A stretch of DNA of 64,000 bases from Azolla caroliniana (GCA_043228905.1 JBHGNT010000005.1:8184001-8248000); one strand, 5' to 3'. Counted from the first letter of the stretch, positions 34,440 through 48,442 are shown. Program-made: numbers and translations. Notes: generated by a model not told the origin, from the sequence alone.

Positions 34440-35668
34440 GACAAATATACACCCAAATCAATTTAAGTGGTTGGGGTTAGCCCGTAGATGACGATGTGAT
34501 GCCTTGTCTCATGAGATTATTGAGAAAGTGGATTCCTTTTGGGAAAAAAACACACGTGTCTCACCAAATAAAAAAGATGTATGTAGACAACGTATAAGTC
34601 AGGGAAGGTACCAGATTCACCCAAGACACTTCTTGGAGATGATTGAGGTAATTCATTTTTTTATCTATTTGTTTTTAAATATTTTTTGTTTCCTAAAGGA
34701 TTCTATTAACATTAACTATTTATTGAGTGATGTAGGCTTAATTGTTCATGAACTTCAAAAACCAACATCCTAATATCAATCTTGGATTTGAAACCATTTT
34801 TTGTTAGAAAGTTAAAAGAGAGGACCACATGTTGTTGTGTGTGCCACATTAAAATGGACATGTTAAGGCTTGGCTTGAACACTATGCGTACTGATTCTAA
34901 GGGTATACATGGGGATGGGTGTGTTTGCACTTGTGAGGTATGTAGACCAAATGGGAGTGATAGTAGATGTAATGCACGAAACATGACTTATGCATCAGTT
35001 TTTGAGTTCTGGAGGTCTTTTGTTTGTGAAAAACAACCATCATCTGAGTGGCATAATCGTACATGTCTTCTAAGAACATGTAAGGTTTGTGCACAACCGC
35101 TATTGTGTAGACAGGAGCTTGATGTAGATAACTATCATATTATGAAATGGAAATATTTAGAGTATTTGACAGAAAATATAGATAAGGGTTTCATTAGTAA
35201 GCATATCAAGGAAGTATATAAGGAGACATGTGCTGCTACCCTTGTCTCAGAGTTTAAGATCCAACTCAGGGAGTTTATTCCACATAACTTTAGGAGTTAT
35301 TGGCAAAATTCACAATTCAAGGAATGTATAAATAATTTACCACCAGATGTTATGGTATTTGTTATTGACTTTACAGAGAACTATACGTTTAAAGTTCAAA
35401 ATGAGGTTTAGTCAATGCATTGGTACAATGACCAATGTACAATACTTGTACATATTTGCTACTGGAGAGAAGATGGTGAGTTACATAAGAAATCCATATT
35501 CTACATTTCAGATGATAAAAAGCACGATACGCTATTTGTTCAACATTGTTTTAAGCTTCGCCATGCAGATTTATTGTCCTAGGGTGTTAACTTTAATCGC
35601 CATTGGGTGTGGTCTGATAGTGTTGCCTCGCAATTTAAGGTGGCCCAGTCCTTTTACTTCATTGCAAG
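34440..35668 (+). pseudogene. Sola2-like DDE transposase fragment, with a probable intron at about 34648-34735; C-terminus missing
   Basis: RTTCCCVCH, Cys clusters, HNF...WQ..QF, DFTENY...QNEV*SMHW...QCT, ISDDKKHD..FVQ, WSDSVASQFK, then a GT donor. Confidence 0.75.
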
Positions 35669-35849
35669 GTGAGGAAATAATCCATATGTTTGGTACTTAT
35701 AAATGGAAGTCTATTTTGGTAATACTCTATAGTACTTACAAATGTTTGTATAAAATACAATTAGTAATTCTCCTACTACATGCACCAATACTGTCTTGAA
35801 ATGTGAATCTAAACTGATTGGCCATTTAGTTCTCTCCTCCTAGATTCCC

Positions 35850-36716
35850 TAGTACTGATTATGGTAATAATCGTGTTAAGTCATCTTAATTTACAACTTA
35901 GTACTATCCTCCTACATGCACAAGAACTAATTAAGGTTCATGCCTTGTAATGTATCCTTAATTTACAACATAGTATTGTCCTCTCTAGTGCACATGCATA
36001 AGTATTGACTATGGTTTACAACTAAGTACTCAGATCCCGCATGCACAAGTACTAATTTATAACTTTGGATTGTATTCCTTCGTTGGCACAAGTACTAATT
36101 TATATCTCAGCATTGTCCTCTCTTGTGCACCAGTACTAATGAATAGCTTAGTGCTATCCTCTTTCGTTCATTAGTACTAATTTATAACTTTGGATTGCCA
36201 TCCGGCAAGCATGAGCACTAATTAATACTTAGCAGTGTCCTCTATCATACATTTGTACTAATTAATAACTTAGTTGTATTCAACTTTGTTCATTACTACT
36301 AATTTATAACTTAGGATTGTCCTCTCTCATTAGTACTAAATATTAGCTTAGTATTATCCAACCATGTTCATTAGTACTATTTATAGCTTAGGATTGTCCT
36401 CTCTCATTAGTACTAATTATTAACTTAGTATTATCCAACCATGTTCATTAGTACTAATTTATAACTTTGGACTGCCACCCGGCAAGCACCAGCACTAATT
36501 AATACTTAGCATTGTTCTCTCTCATACATTTGTACTCATTAATAACTTAGTTGTATTCAACTTTGTTCATTAGTACTAATTTATAACTTAGGATTGTCCT
36601 CTCTCATTAGTACTAATTATCAACTTAGTACTATCCAACCATGTTCATTAGTACTAATTATGAACTTAGTACTATCCAACTTTGTTCATTAAGACCAACT
36701 TATAACTTAGGACTAT
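35850..36716. repeat. AT-rich minisatellite with about 40-bp AGTACT-containing subunits
   Basis: Recurrent cattagtactaatttataacttaggattgtcctctct and cttagtattatccaaccatgtt. Confidence 0.85.
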
Positions 36717-37585
36717 TGTTAGAGTTATGATCTAAAGTAAGCATATGATAAGGATAAAAGATAGATAGATAGAAAGGAGAGAGAGAAAGAAGGGTGTCGA
36801 TCTACCCGACCACCCCCGAGCGAAGGGATCGAGACGGACTCGAGCCTCGATCAGCGTCCCATACCAATGTCGTGGCGTCGAGTCGTACCTGGTGTTGGCG
36901 CGCTCACTACAAGAATTGACCCACCACGAAATAGAGTCTCGATGTACTCAAGATATCATCAAATGAGTTTAGCTAGGCCTCATATTTATAGCGATACCCT
37001 AGGCCTCATTTTGAGATCTTCGCGTAGAATTGCTTGTCGCGCAATGTTTGTAAAACAAAGCGGACATGTTTAGCTTGTTCTTCTAATATATGACTATAAA
37101 CTAGAATATCATCCAAGAAAATAATGACAAATTTTCCAAGTTGTTCTTAGAAAATGTCATTCATTTCTTGTTGAAATGTGGCCAGAGCATTGATCAAACC
37201 AAAAGGCATAACCAAAAACTCATAATGGCCATAGCGCATACGAAATGGCGTTTTAGGAACATCGTCCTCACTTATACGAATTTGATGGTAGCCCGTACGA
37301 AGATCAAGTTTCGTAAAATACCAAGCTCCCTGGACACGGTCAATTAGATCGGCAGCCCGGGGCAATGGATATGAATTCTTGATCGTCACTTTATTCAAGC
37401 GTCGGTAATTAATACACATACGCCATGTGCCCTCTTTCTTTTTTACCAAGAGAATAGGTGCACCCCATGGACATTTACTATAATGTATATAACCCATTCG
37501 TAAATAGTCCTTGAGTTGCTTAGATACCTCATCCTCTTCAAATCGACTTAAGCAATATCTAGGTACAATATCTTATATTATAACA
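36717..37585 (-). mobile_element. Deleted gypsy remnant: LTR-like part plus RT fragment (about 37055-37566)
   Basis: [50 protein letters not shown]. Confidence 0.85.
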
Positions 37586-37796
37586 TGAGTCCAATATTAC
37601 AAATATTATTAGTACTGAATCAAGCGGACATTTAAGACCTTCAGTATTAAATAATCCACCCTTATTCAACTTATCACAAAGGAATACATTATAATCAGTA
37701 ATCAGTAATGTTAGTATTAAACAGCCAAGACCTTCATGTGGTGTTGTTCGGTCATGCAGAGCCTAAGTAAGGTGGACACAAAATGTACAATGTAAT

Positions 37797-40700
37797 TGAA
37801 AAGAATGGCGTGCGGAAGCAATATAGGAAACCAAACAATAGAAAACACAGGTTTAATGGAAAGCTTAGGTTTCCACAGTACGCACAGGAGAGACAGAGAG
37901 AGAGTAAACACAAGAACTTAATTCAAAAATAATACTCGATCTGTTCATACATCGTGCTCAATGAGCACCTTTTATACAAGCCCTGACACTCCGGCTGTCA
38001 CAAGTACTGACAGTACTTGACTGTTCATAAATGAACCTCGACACTCACTCCCAAAATTATTCCTTTACGAGGAATATCTCTCTAACGGCCTTTCGGTTTA
38101 CGCACCGATACGGCCTCTCGTTACGCACCGGTTTGCATAACGGTTTACGCATCCGTTTTATGCACCGGTCCGGCCTAACCGATCAGTCCCAACTGATCCG
38201 GTCCTCGGCTTGCTCAACCGATCCGGCGGATGTTGAGCTTGTCTCTCAAGACTCCCCCTCAAGCTCAACTTGAGGCTCTTCGGGATCTTCGGGATCTTCG
38301 GGATCACCGCTCCAGTTCCTCCTAGCTCCACGCCTTGCTCGCGCTCCTCGGCCTGTTCGATTCCGCGCGCTTCGACCCTTCCGGTCGGCTTGTCTACTCC
38401 CACGGCGCTTCACAGCTCCCTTGCTGTCGCGGTGTTGGCGCTTCTCCTGCTGCCTTCTTTTCCGCTTGGCCCTCGGTTGATTCAGTGTATCCGAATCAAA
38501 CATCCGAACCGACTCAGCTACCTCTGATCGGTTTTCGCTCTCGTCCGAGTTGGTTGTCTCCAACTCGTCTGCCGATCCGAAGTCGAATTCTCCGCACCTT
38601 TCCTGCTTCCTTTCATGGTCGTTCAAGACGTCTCTCCCCCTCAAGTTCTGCACATCGAGATGACGCAACCCAAGCGCACCCAAGAATTGCCGTAACTTGT
38701 CCAGACCAAGGGGCTTGTTGAAGATGTCAACAGTTTGCCGATCCGTCGGAACATACTGAAGTTCGACTTCACTAGAAAGGACATGCTCACGAAAAAAATG
38801 GTAGTGTACCTCAATGTGCTTGGTCCGTGCGTGGAAAATGGGGTTCTTCGCAAGCTGGATGCTGCTGAGGTTGTCGCAGTAGATCGTCATCGGATTGGAC
38901 ACCTCCTCTTAAGCAGCCACTTCAACCATATGGCTTCGCATGTCGCGACAGCCGCTCCTCAATACTCAGCTTCGGTGCTCGACAGTGCAACTATCGACTC
39001 CTTCTTACTGCTCCACGTTATCGCGGCACTCCCAAGCGAGAACGTGTATCCGAACGTGGATCGGCGATCGGCGGCATTGCCAACCCAATCAGCATCGGTG
39101 TAGCCAACCAACTGCGAGGCTATACCAGTCCGATATAGCAGTCCCTGGTCCTTAGTGCAACTTACGTACCGCAGTACACGTTGCGCACACTGAAGGTGCT
39201 CCTCGGTAGGTCACACCATGAACTGACTGATCACCCCGACCGGATAACTGAGATCGGGTCGGGTGATTGTCAAGTAGATAAGGCTTCCGACAATTTGTCG
39301 GAACCTCGTCGGGTCGCATACCTTTCCGGAATTGGGGCAAAGCTTCACGGTTCTATCCAGAGGAGTTGAGACGGACTTACAGTCTGCCATCCCGAATTTG
39401 AAGAGCATATTCAGCGCGTAATGGCGTTGGCTGATCAATATGCCTTCAGGGGTACGAATCACTTCGATCCCGAGGAAATAATGAAGATCCCCCAGATCCT
39501 TCATGTCGAACGATGCCGCAAGCTGGAGCTTCACGCGGTCGATTTCACCTAGGTCGGCGTCGGTGATGACCAAGTCATCAACATATAGTAAAATACTGAC
39601 CGGACCAAGTCGACCTTTCCGGATGAACAGGGAAGAGTCCGATTTTGACGTTGCAAAGCCCATCCGACATAGTCTTCGCGTGATCTTCGCGTTCCAGGCA
39701 CGCAAGGCTTGCTTTAGTCCGTAAAGGAACTTCTTCAATCGGCACACCGCCGAAGTGTTCGTTCCAGAGTGAAATCCGGGGGGTTGTACCATGTACACCT
39801 GTTCCTCAAGGTCACCTTGCAGGAACGCATTCTTTACATCCATTTGATGTGAATGCCACCCCTTTACCACAACTACCGCGAGCAAAACACAGACGGTCGT
39901 CATCTTCACGACCGGCGCAAACGTCTCAGCATAGTCGATGTCGTGTTTCTGCACGTAGCCTTTTGCCACTAACCGGGCCTTATATCTGTTGACCGAGCCG
40001 TCGGTGTTGTACTTGACCTTGTACACCCACCTACATCCGATCGTCTTCACACCCACCCTTCGGTGCGTCAACCAGGTCCCAGGTTTCATTTTCCGCTAAT
40101 GCGCACATTTCTTCCTCCATTGCGGCGTGCCAATTCGCGTCCTTCGCCGCTTCTGCGTAGCTCTTCGGCTCACGCACTTTCGCTACACGGGTCATGTACG
40201 CATAATGATGCGTCATGTACTCATTGTATCTGAACCGTACAACTGGGTTCTTCTGGCGGGTAGATCGGCGTAATTGGTCATTAGCCGATGTCGAGGTCTT
40301 CTCGGCCGACGCGGACTTCGCTCTTGAAGACCCGTCACCGCTTCCCTCGGAGTCGGACTCGCGTCGATCCGACTCTTTCCTATCCGTGCCGTAATCTGAC
40401 ACCTTCTTCTTCCCTTTTTCTTTGCACGTAAGCCGTCTCCTCGACTTCCTGCGTGGGGAAAGCACGGTCGAGTCTCCACTACTTGTCAGCTCTTCATTGA
40501 ACTGGTCGAACCGACTCAGTCGTCCATTCGGTCCGCTTAACCGAAACGAAATCGGACTCTCTTCGAGGGTCCCGATTTCAGGCTCATCCAGAGGCATCTT
40601 GGCCTCGCTGACCTCATCATCACAACTCGGATTGGAGATGAGGTCCAAAGTCAGAGGCAAGTACCAAGACGCGGACTCGTCAAACACGACGTCGCGGCTC

Positions 40701-43448
40701 ACGCGCGCTTGTTTGGTGCATGGGTTATATAACACTTATAACCCTTCTACTTGTCCGAGTAACCGACCAAGATACATTTCTCGACCTTTGCGTCCAACTT
40801 CCTCCATTTCTCCTTCGGCACATGCACATACACAATGCTACCGAAAACTCGTAAGTGTCGCAAGTTCGGCTTTGTTCCGAAATATAGTTCGTGCGCCGAC
40901 ACTTTTTCTCCGATCCGATTCTGAATGTATATCGTGGTTTGTATCACCTTGGCCCAGTAGAACTTGGGCAAGCTCTTCTCCTCCAGCATTGCCCGTGCCG
41001 CTTCCACAACCGACCAATTTTTCCTCTCGGCCACGCCGTTTTACACCGGCGTGTATCTACAACTGAATTCACGCCGAATTCCCATCTGTTGTAGATAACC
41101 GTTGGATTGACCGGAAAAGTATTCTTTTCCACCATCCGACCGCAGGCACTTGATCTTTCTTCCTGTTTTCGTTTCCACAAACCCTTTGAGGTCCCGGAAA
41201 CAATCGAAAACTTCGCTCTTCCTCTCAATGAGGTAGATCCACGTGTGCCGCGTGTAGTCGTCGATGAAGGAGAAGAAATATCGGCTCCTGCGAAGACTAA
41301 CGTTTTGTGTCAGCCCCCACACATCGAAGCGTATCAAGTCGAGCTTGTTCCGGCTTCGGTTACGCTCGTTGGGGAAGGGAAGTCGGTGTTGCTTCCTAAG
41401 CTGGCAGGCTTCACAAATTTGTGCCTTCCGGCCACTAAATTTGGGCAATCCGAACACCACCTGTTTCGATTGCAGCTCCTGAAGGCGCTGGTAGTTGACG
41501 TGGCCTATCCGCTTGTGCCATAAGTCGATATCCGACTCAACTTTTTGTCCCTTCGCGAACATTGCGGTGCCACTGTCACTAGAGTTGAGGATAAACATCC
41601 TCCCATCTCTGCGCCCTTGCGCAATAACACGGCCTTCTTCCTCAATGAAGCACCCGAGATGCATAAACCGAACCTGCATCCCCTGGTCGACGATCTGCCC
41701 GACTGACACCAGGTTCTTTGTGATTGTCGGGACGTGTAACACTTTCATGAGTTTCCCTTTCTGCCCGACATAGCTCAAGGGAACTTCACCAACATTCGCG
41801 ATCGGATGCGGACTGTCGTCTCCGGTTGCGACTACTCCTGGTTCCGTCGGTTTCTCTAGGTACGAGAACCACTCCTTACGGCACGTCATGTGGTTTGACG
41901 CGCCGAAGTCGACGTACCACACCTGCTCCGACTTCGGGGAGATCTTCTTCATTGAGTTTGCTTTGTGTCTCGTCACGAAGACTGACCCTTTTCCGGCTTC
42001 TCCGGATCCTTCAGCGTAGTGCGATCGTTGCCAATTTTCTTTGTCGGTCTGTCCGGAACTTGTTCCGGATCCGGTTCTCTCCGAATCGGCACGCTTTTTC
42101 CAGCACTTGCTCTCCCTGTGGCCTTTCTTGCCACAGTACTAGCAATCCGCGGCGGATTTCCCTTGCCGGTTCTCATCGTCTCAACTCCCCCTATTTCCGG
42201 AGGCCTTCTTCGGTGCCTTCTTCCTTGATCCCGTTGGCCGCCTCCATTGCGTACCGACTCGACCTGTCCGCCACGACCACGGGGCCTATCTCCCTCCATG
42301 TACAGCATCTTGTTGTCGGCATGCGTGCTTGTCGACGCACCCATGTGGTTCTCCTCTATAAGGAGCATCAACTGTAAGTCAAAAAATGACGGCTTATTCT
42401 CCTGTGTACACACAGCAATTCGGAACGCTCCGAACCTTGACGCCAAACCCCTGAGACAGACTTGGACCATCTCGCTTTCCTCGATGTTCACATCAATGGA
42501 AGCTAAGGAGTCACATATGTCCTTGATCTTCGAGGTATAGTCAACCACCGACAAATCGCGTTGTCGTAGGTTGTTTAACTCCTTTCAGAGTTGAACCTTC
42601 CTGGATGTGGTGCTCACGGTGAAGATCTTCTTTAGATTTTCCCACGCACCCTTCGGCATTTTTGCATCCCGAATATAGCTTAATAGCTGTTTGCCCACAC
42701 AAGACGCGAAACAGTACAACACTCTGCTCGCTGATTGTTCCCACACTGGGAAGTCTTTGTGTGTCGATTCGGGTGCCGCGTCATTCACTCCTTCGACATA
42801 GCTCCAGTAACCGTGCCCAAGCAAGTACTGGTGCATCTTGTAGGACCAAGATGCGTAGTTGGTTCTGTCGAGCTTCTCCGTCGGAAGCGAGCTAGCCATT
42901 CCTCTATCCATCAGTTTTCTTGTTCTTCTTCGTTGGTTTTTCCTTCAAGCAAAGTCTACTACAAAGGTTCTCAACCCTTGCACTCTGACACCATGAAAAG
43001 AATGGCATGCGGAAGCAATATAGGAAACCAAACAATAGAAAACACAAGTTTAATGGAAAGCTTAGGTTTGCACAGTACGCATAGGAGAGACAGAGAGAGA
43101 GTAAACACAAGAACTTAATTCAAAAATAATACTCGATCTGTTCATACATCGTGCTCAATGAGCACCTTTTATACAAGCCCTGACACTCGGGCTGTCACAA
43201 GTACTGACAGTACTTGACTGTTCATAAATGAACCTCGACACTCACTCCCAAAATTATTCCTTTACGAGGAATATCTCTCTAACGGCCTTTCGGTTTACGC
43301 ACTGATACGGCCTCTCGTTACACACCGGTTTGCGTAACGGTTTACGCATCTGTTTTACGCACTGGTCTGGCCTAACCGATCGATCCCAACCAATCCGGTC
43401 CTCAGCTTGCTCAGCCGATCCGGCCGATGTTGAGCTTGTCTCTCAACA
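37797..43448 (-). mobile_element. Complete copia family C: LTRs 37797-38251 and 42994-43448, TSD GTAAT, fragmented gag-pol 42911-38246
   Basis: Near-identical 455-bp LTRs. PBS TGGTGTCAGAGT. PPT reverse complement from 38252. Gag, protease (WYVDFGASNH), integrase, RT (YVDD) and RNase H fragments. Confidence 0.96.
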
Positions 43449-44460
43449 GTAATGAACAATTTAGTACTAATACAAGTAATCCAGTGGACATTTAAGACCT
43501 TTAGTACTAAATAATCAGTACTTAATCAAGTGATCACCAAGAAATACAATATAATCAATATTGATTGTACTTAATCAACAAAAATGAGGCTTGAGGGCAC
43601 AGTACTGAACCATCTGGACATGTAGTCAATATTTCATGTGGTAATGAACAATGTTAGTACTAAACAACCAAGACCTTCATGTGGTGTTGTTCTGTCATGC
43701 AAAACCTAACTCAAGTGAATAGAAAACGTACAATGTAAAGATCATAACAGTACTAATACAAGTTATACACTTAGACATTTTTAAAGACCTTCCGTACTAA
43801 ATAATCAGTACTAAATCAATTGATCACCAAGGAATACAATATAATTAGTAATGTTAGTACTTAATCAACAAAAAAGGGACTTGAGGGCACAATACTGAAC
43901 CATCTGGACATGCAATCGATCTTTCATATGGTAATGAACAATGTTAGTACTAAACAACAAACACCTTCATGTGGTGTTGTTCGGTCATGCAAAACCTAAG
44001 TTAAATGAATAGAAAACGTACAATGTAATGAACAATTTAGTACTAATACAAGTTATACAACTAAACATTTAAGCTCTTTAGCACTAAATAATCAGTAATA
44101 TATCAATTGGTCACCAAGGAATACAATGTAATCAGTAATGTTAGTACTTAATCAACAACTTAGGAACTTAAAGGAATAGTAATGAACCACCTGGACATGC
44201 ATATTTCATGTGGTTATGAACAATGTTAGTACTAAACAGCCAAGACCTTTATGCCTATTTGTTCGGTCACGCAAAGCCTAAGTCAAGTGGACATAAAAAG
44301 TACAATGCAATAAACAATGTTAGTACTAATACAAGTTATACAACTAAACATTTAAGACCTTTAGTACTAAATAATCCGCATTGAATCAACTGATCAACAA
44401 GGAGTACAATGTAATCAGTAATGTTAGTACTGAATCAAAAGGATCTTGAGGGAATAATAC
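43449..44460. repeat. About 290-bp tandem repeat, about 3.5 copies (plus a partial unit at 37600-37796), AGTACT-rich
   Basis: aaataatc.g.a recurs at about 43510, 43799, 44087 and 44369. Confidence 0.85.
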
Positions 44461-44954
44461 TCATAGGTATAAGAACATAACCAAAAGTAAAATAATAAAA
44501 TCATAGTATAAAAATTGCATAATGCTTAATCACATACCATAGGAGTGTACTTTCAAACCCCAAGCTAGGTACCATTCATCTCCAACTATACTTTTACAGT
44601 CCAAACATATATTTTCTTTCTCGAAATGGTACTTAGCACATAACAAATGATATGTGTGCAAGCATGGTGTAATGATAGCATCCATAGCCTCAAGCTTGAA
44701 TCCAAGGCCATAGAATAAACACCTTTAGTAACAAGACACAACATACACTATATTAGCACCAATGATATTTTATACCATAGAAGGTCAAAAAGGAAAAATA
44801 TAAACCATTACTGTGATATAGTAATACTTGTAATTGTACTTTCCATGCAAGCGGGGTACTCAACTACATGTGGACACAAAGTATCTAAACCTTTTTCTTT
44901 TAGACCCTTCATCAAACATGTTAGGTTCTCTTAATGTAGCTTTAAGGCTAATAT

Positions 44955-45850
44955 CTACTCATCAATTTTAGAACGAGAAAACCTCCATGTCTGTAGATCT
45001 TTCTTCTGTGCTTCCAGATGAGTACCCATATGTGTGAGCTCCTTCGTCAACTCCTCTTTTAACACATTGCTTTTAGAATTTTGGATTGTTGATGCAATCC
45101 ATTCGTATGTATTCCATATAGATGTGAATTGTTGCTCTGTTGCCATCTCACCAGATGAAACTTCTTCCAAATCGGCATGCAGTGCTTGTATTTTTGTTTG
45201 CATGGAAATTATACAACGCAACAATCTCTCTTCATGCTTTTCTATCAGTGTGGCTTTTTGTTTTGTAATCCGTTGAGTCAACACAGATGTCCTAGTTGGG
45301 ATTTCAATATGAGAGGTACCCTCAGACTTCATGGTAGTGTTGGTACTTGAGAACCCTCTATAATGTGATATGATCGATGATGAGCAAAATCTTCCCAATC
45401 AACTTAATTGCCACCATGGAATTCACATGCAAATGCACGTGCAAAGATAGATCCTACCTCATTGTTTAGGACTTGTTTCGTATCATAAACTTGTTCATAT
45501 CGTGACTTTAGTTCAGTTATATAATCTTTCTTCAATTGAGTGAGGTGGAAACCTCTCCTTGTCTCGGGTTGTGATGAGCCCCAAGTTTTCATCATCCATA
45601 TGTCTAGGTCTTCATAAGTGTCAAGTCGTGCACGAAAGAAATAACCCCATCCTAATTTTGTACCTCGAAGGGTGTTTGTGTGAATCTTCTTGCCATGAGT
45701 TGTTGAAAACTTTGACCTCCCTCTGGTGGGGTCATCTTATTTTCTTTGATGGGGGTCCTTTTTCTTTCCTTACATGGTGTGTTGACATTTTCTTTGACCA
45801 TTTTCTTCTTCGTGGGTGTCTTCCTTGTCACGTGAGTTCTGTCTCTCTTC
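44955..45850 (-). pseudogene. Second (accessory) ORF of the DNA transposon with a coiled-coil C-terminus; function unknown
   Basis: ORFs 45404-45595 and 44955-45398 lie on the same strand and nearly abut: ...RYEQVY...NNEV..IFARAFACE...*VDW then a helical region. Confidence 0.5.
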
Positions 45851-46339
45851 TTCGCCTCACATGCACAACAATAGTAAATAATAGTAAATCACAATAACAT
45901 TTAACGCCAGGAAAACCGGACCGCGTACCCTCTTTCTATATGTCATGTACAAAATTCAAGGAGATGCTAAAATGAAACTTAATGTTAACTCTCGATACAC
46001 AACATATAGATGCATCATAACCATACTAAATCAGGTAGGAAAACAAGAATAATAAGGACGATAAGAACAACACGAACAACAAAAAGGACAAGAACAAGTA
46101 CAAGAACAAGATCATTTAACAAGAACCCTCTTTCAATATATCAACATGTACAAAATTCAAGCACCTGTAGAAAATGACATATGCATGTACAAAGCTCTCA
46201 AATGATCATGAGAGAACAACTACAACAACAACCCTAAACGACAATAACAGATAGAATCAAACATATAGCAGAACATGTACCAAATGTCATTGTTGAAGTC
46301 TTTGAAGAGGGGACATGTTTGAAGCACGGGTTGCAAGCA

Positions 46340-46740
46340 AACGAACACACTAGGTAGAGGGAACCAAGTCGATGGAACACACCAGGTAGAGGGAACACCT
46401 GGAGGTAGAGGGAACACGACCCACTGAGCAAATATCGATGCAAAGGGAACATGGTGAGAAGAGAACACTTGAGACAGAGAACACTTGAGAGAGAGAACGC
46501 ATCCAACAGAGAGCACCTAGAGGATGCAAATGGGTCTCGACAAGGAGAGTTTGCAAAGAACGCCTGAGAGAGAGAACGCGGCCAATAGAGGAAAGGTCGA
46601 TGCAACGAGGACACAGTAGAACACCTGAGAGAGAGAACACATGAGAGAGAGGACGCGACGAGGACACATTTGAACACTTGAGGTCGATGCAATGAGGACA
46701 CAACAGAACACCTGAGTGTATTGTTGTTGCAGAGAGGACA
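46340..46740. repeat. Degenerate purine-rich tandem repeats (gagagaacac.tgag)
   Basis: Recurrent agagggaacac, gagagaacac and ggtcgatgcaa units. Confidence 0.7.
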
Positions 46741-46914
46741 TGACGAGCAAGGAATGCTTGGAGTTTGCAGTGTGAGCAAAGAACATGGAGAAACCTGTGT
46801 AGAAGTTGGAAGAGCGAGAGAGAGGGAGGGAGGTACGAACCTAGGGAATTAACAAGTAGAAGGGGGAAGGAAAGAGTGAGAGAGAGGAGGTAAGAACCTA
46901 GGTAATCACCGAGT

Positions 46915-46916
<2 letters not shown>

Positions 46917-46984
<68 letters not shown>
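46917..46984. repeat. (AG)n microsatellite
   Basis: Direct reading. Confidence 0.97.
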
Positions 46985-46988
<4 letters not shown>

Positions 46989-47259
46989 AGAGTGATAGAT
47001 AGACTATCTTCATGATGGACTGACTACTGGAGATCTTATACATTTAAGACCTCCTTACAACATTACCTAGGATTTTAACAAAAGTGATGTTTTTTCATAT
47101 TTGAAATCCATTTTCATTAAATGTGACTTTTAATTTTAACACAAGTGATGATCTACTTTTTAAACCCAAATATTGGATTTATATTTTTTAAGTTTTTCCT
47201 CCTCATAGAATTACTACTAAACTTTTGGCCAAAAGTTGGTACACCGTAGCATGCTCTGA

Positions 47260-48442
47260 CCCGGGTGGTTGGACCATGTATACTTGTTCTTCAAGATCTC
47301 CTTGAAGAAACGCGTTCTTCACGTCCATCTAATGGAGATTCTACCCCCTTGCCATTGCTACTGCCAACACCACACGGACCGTCGTCATCTTCGCTACCGG
47401 TGAGAAGGTCTCATCATAATCAACTCCATGGGTTTGCATGTATCCCTTGGCTACCAGTCGGACCTTGTACTTGTTGACCGAATCTTCGGTGTTGTATTTC
47501 ACCTTATACACCCACTTACAACCAATCGGTTTTGCAGTGTCGGGGACAGTTAACCAGGTCCTATGTATCATTGGCATCAAGTGCCTGCATTTCTTCCTCC
47601 ATAGCAACACGCCAATTCGCAACTTTTGCCGCTTTTGCGTAGCTCTCCAGCTCACGCACTTCCGCCACCTTCATCATGTATGCATAATGGCGCGACATGT
47701 ACTCATTATATCTATACCGCAATATGGGGTTCTTCTGGCAGGTAGATCGGTGTAGCTTCTAATTCGCCGATTTTAGGTCCCTCTTGGCCGACTCAGACTT
47801 CATTTCTGAAGGTCTGTCTTCATTCTTTCCGGTGTTGGATTTGCTCTGATCTGACAAGTCTTCCTTGTCGGTGCCATACTCCGGCATCTTCTTCTTTCCT
47901 TTTTCCTTGCGCGTGTGCTATCTCTTAAGTTCCTTGCGTCTTCCAAACTCAGCCCGCTTAGTCGTAATGAGATCGGACTCTCTTCTAGAGTGTTGAATCC
48001 TTCTTCCTGAATCATCTCGGGATCACTGACCTCATCCTCAATGATTGAGTGGTCAGAGTTGTCGGAGGTCAGAGTCGGTAAGGAATACCAGGATGTCGAC
48101 TCGTCGAATTCGACATCTCAGATCACTCGAACTTGTTTGATCCGGGGGTTAGAACACTTATATCCCTTTTGTCCATGTGAGTAGTCGACCAGTATGCACT
48201 TCTCCGACTTCATTCTAGATTCCTTCGCTTCTCATCGGGCACATGCACATAGGAAATACTCCCAAATATCCTCAAGTGATGTAAGTTCGGCTTCCTCCCA
48301 AAACTCGTGTGCTAACACCTTCTCTCCGATCTTATTTGGATGTAGACCGTTGTCCGGACCGCCTCGGCCCAATAAAACTTGGGCATGCTCTTCTCCTCCA
48401 ACATTTCCCTCGCCACTTCCACAATCGACTGAGTTTTCCTCA
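47260..48442 (-). pseudogene. Copia family C integrase end and RT N-terminus (continuation of 26682-28980)
   Basis: [45 protein letters not shown]. Confidence 0.9.

Larger units (their letters stand above)
28988..47248 (+). mobile_element. Large decayed DNA transposon, Sola2-like, with short TIRs, two convergent ORF regions and three nested LTR insertions
   Basis: TACGGTGTACCAA...TTGGTACACCGTA plus subterminal TTTTGGCCAAAA at both ends. Interrupts a copia RT between QPPG and NKSVV. Exact termini and TSD are unclear. Confidence 0.75.
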
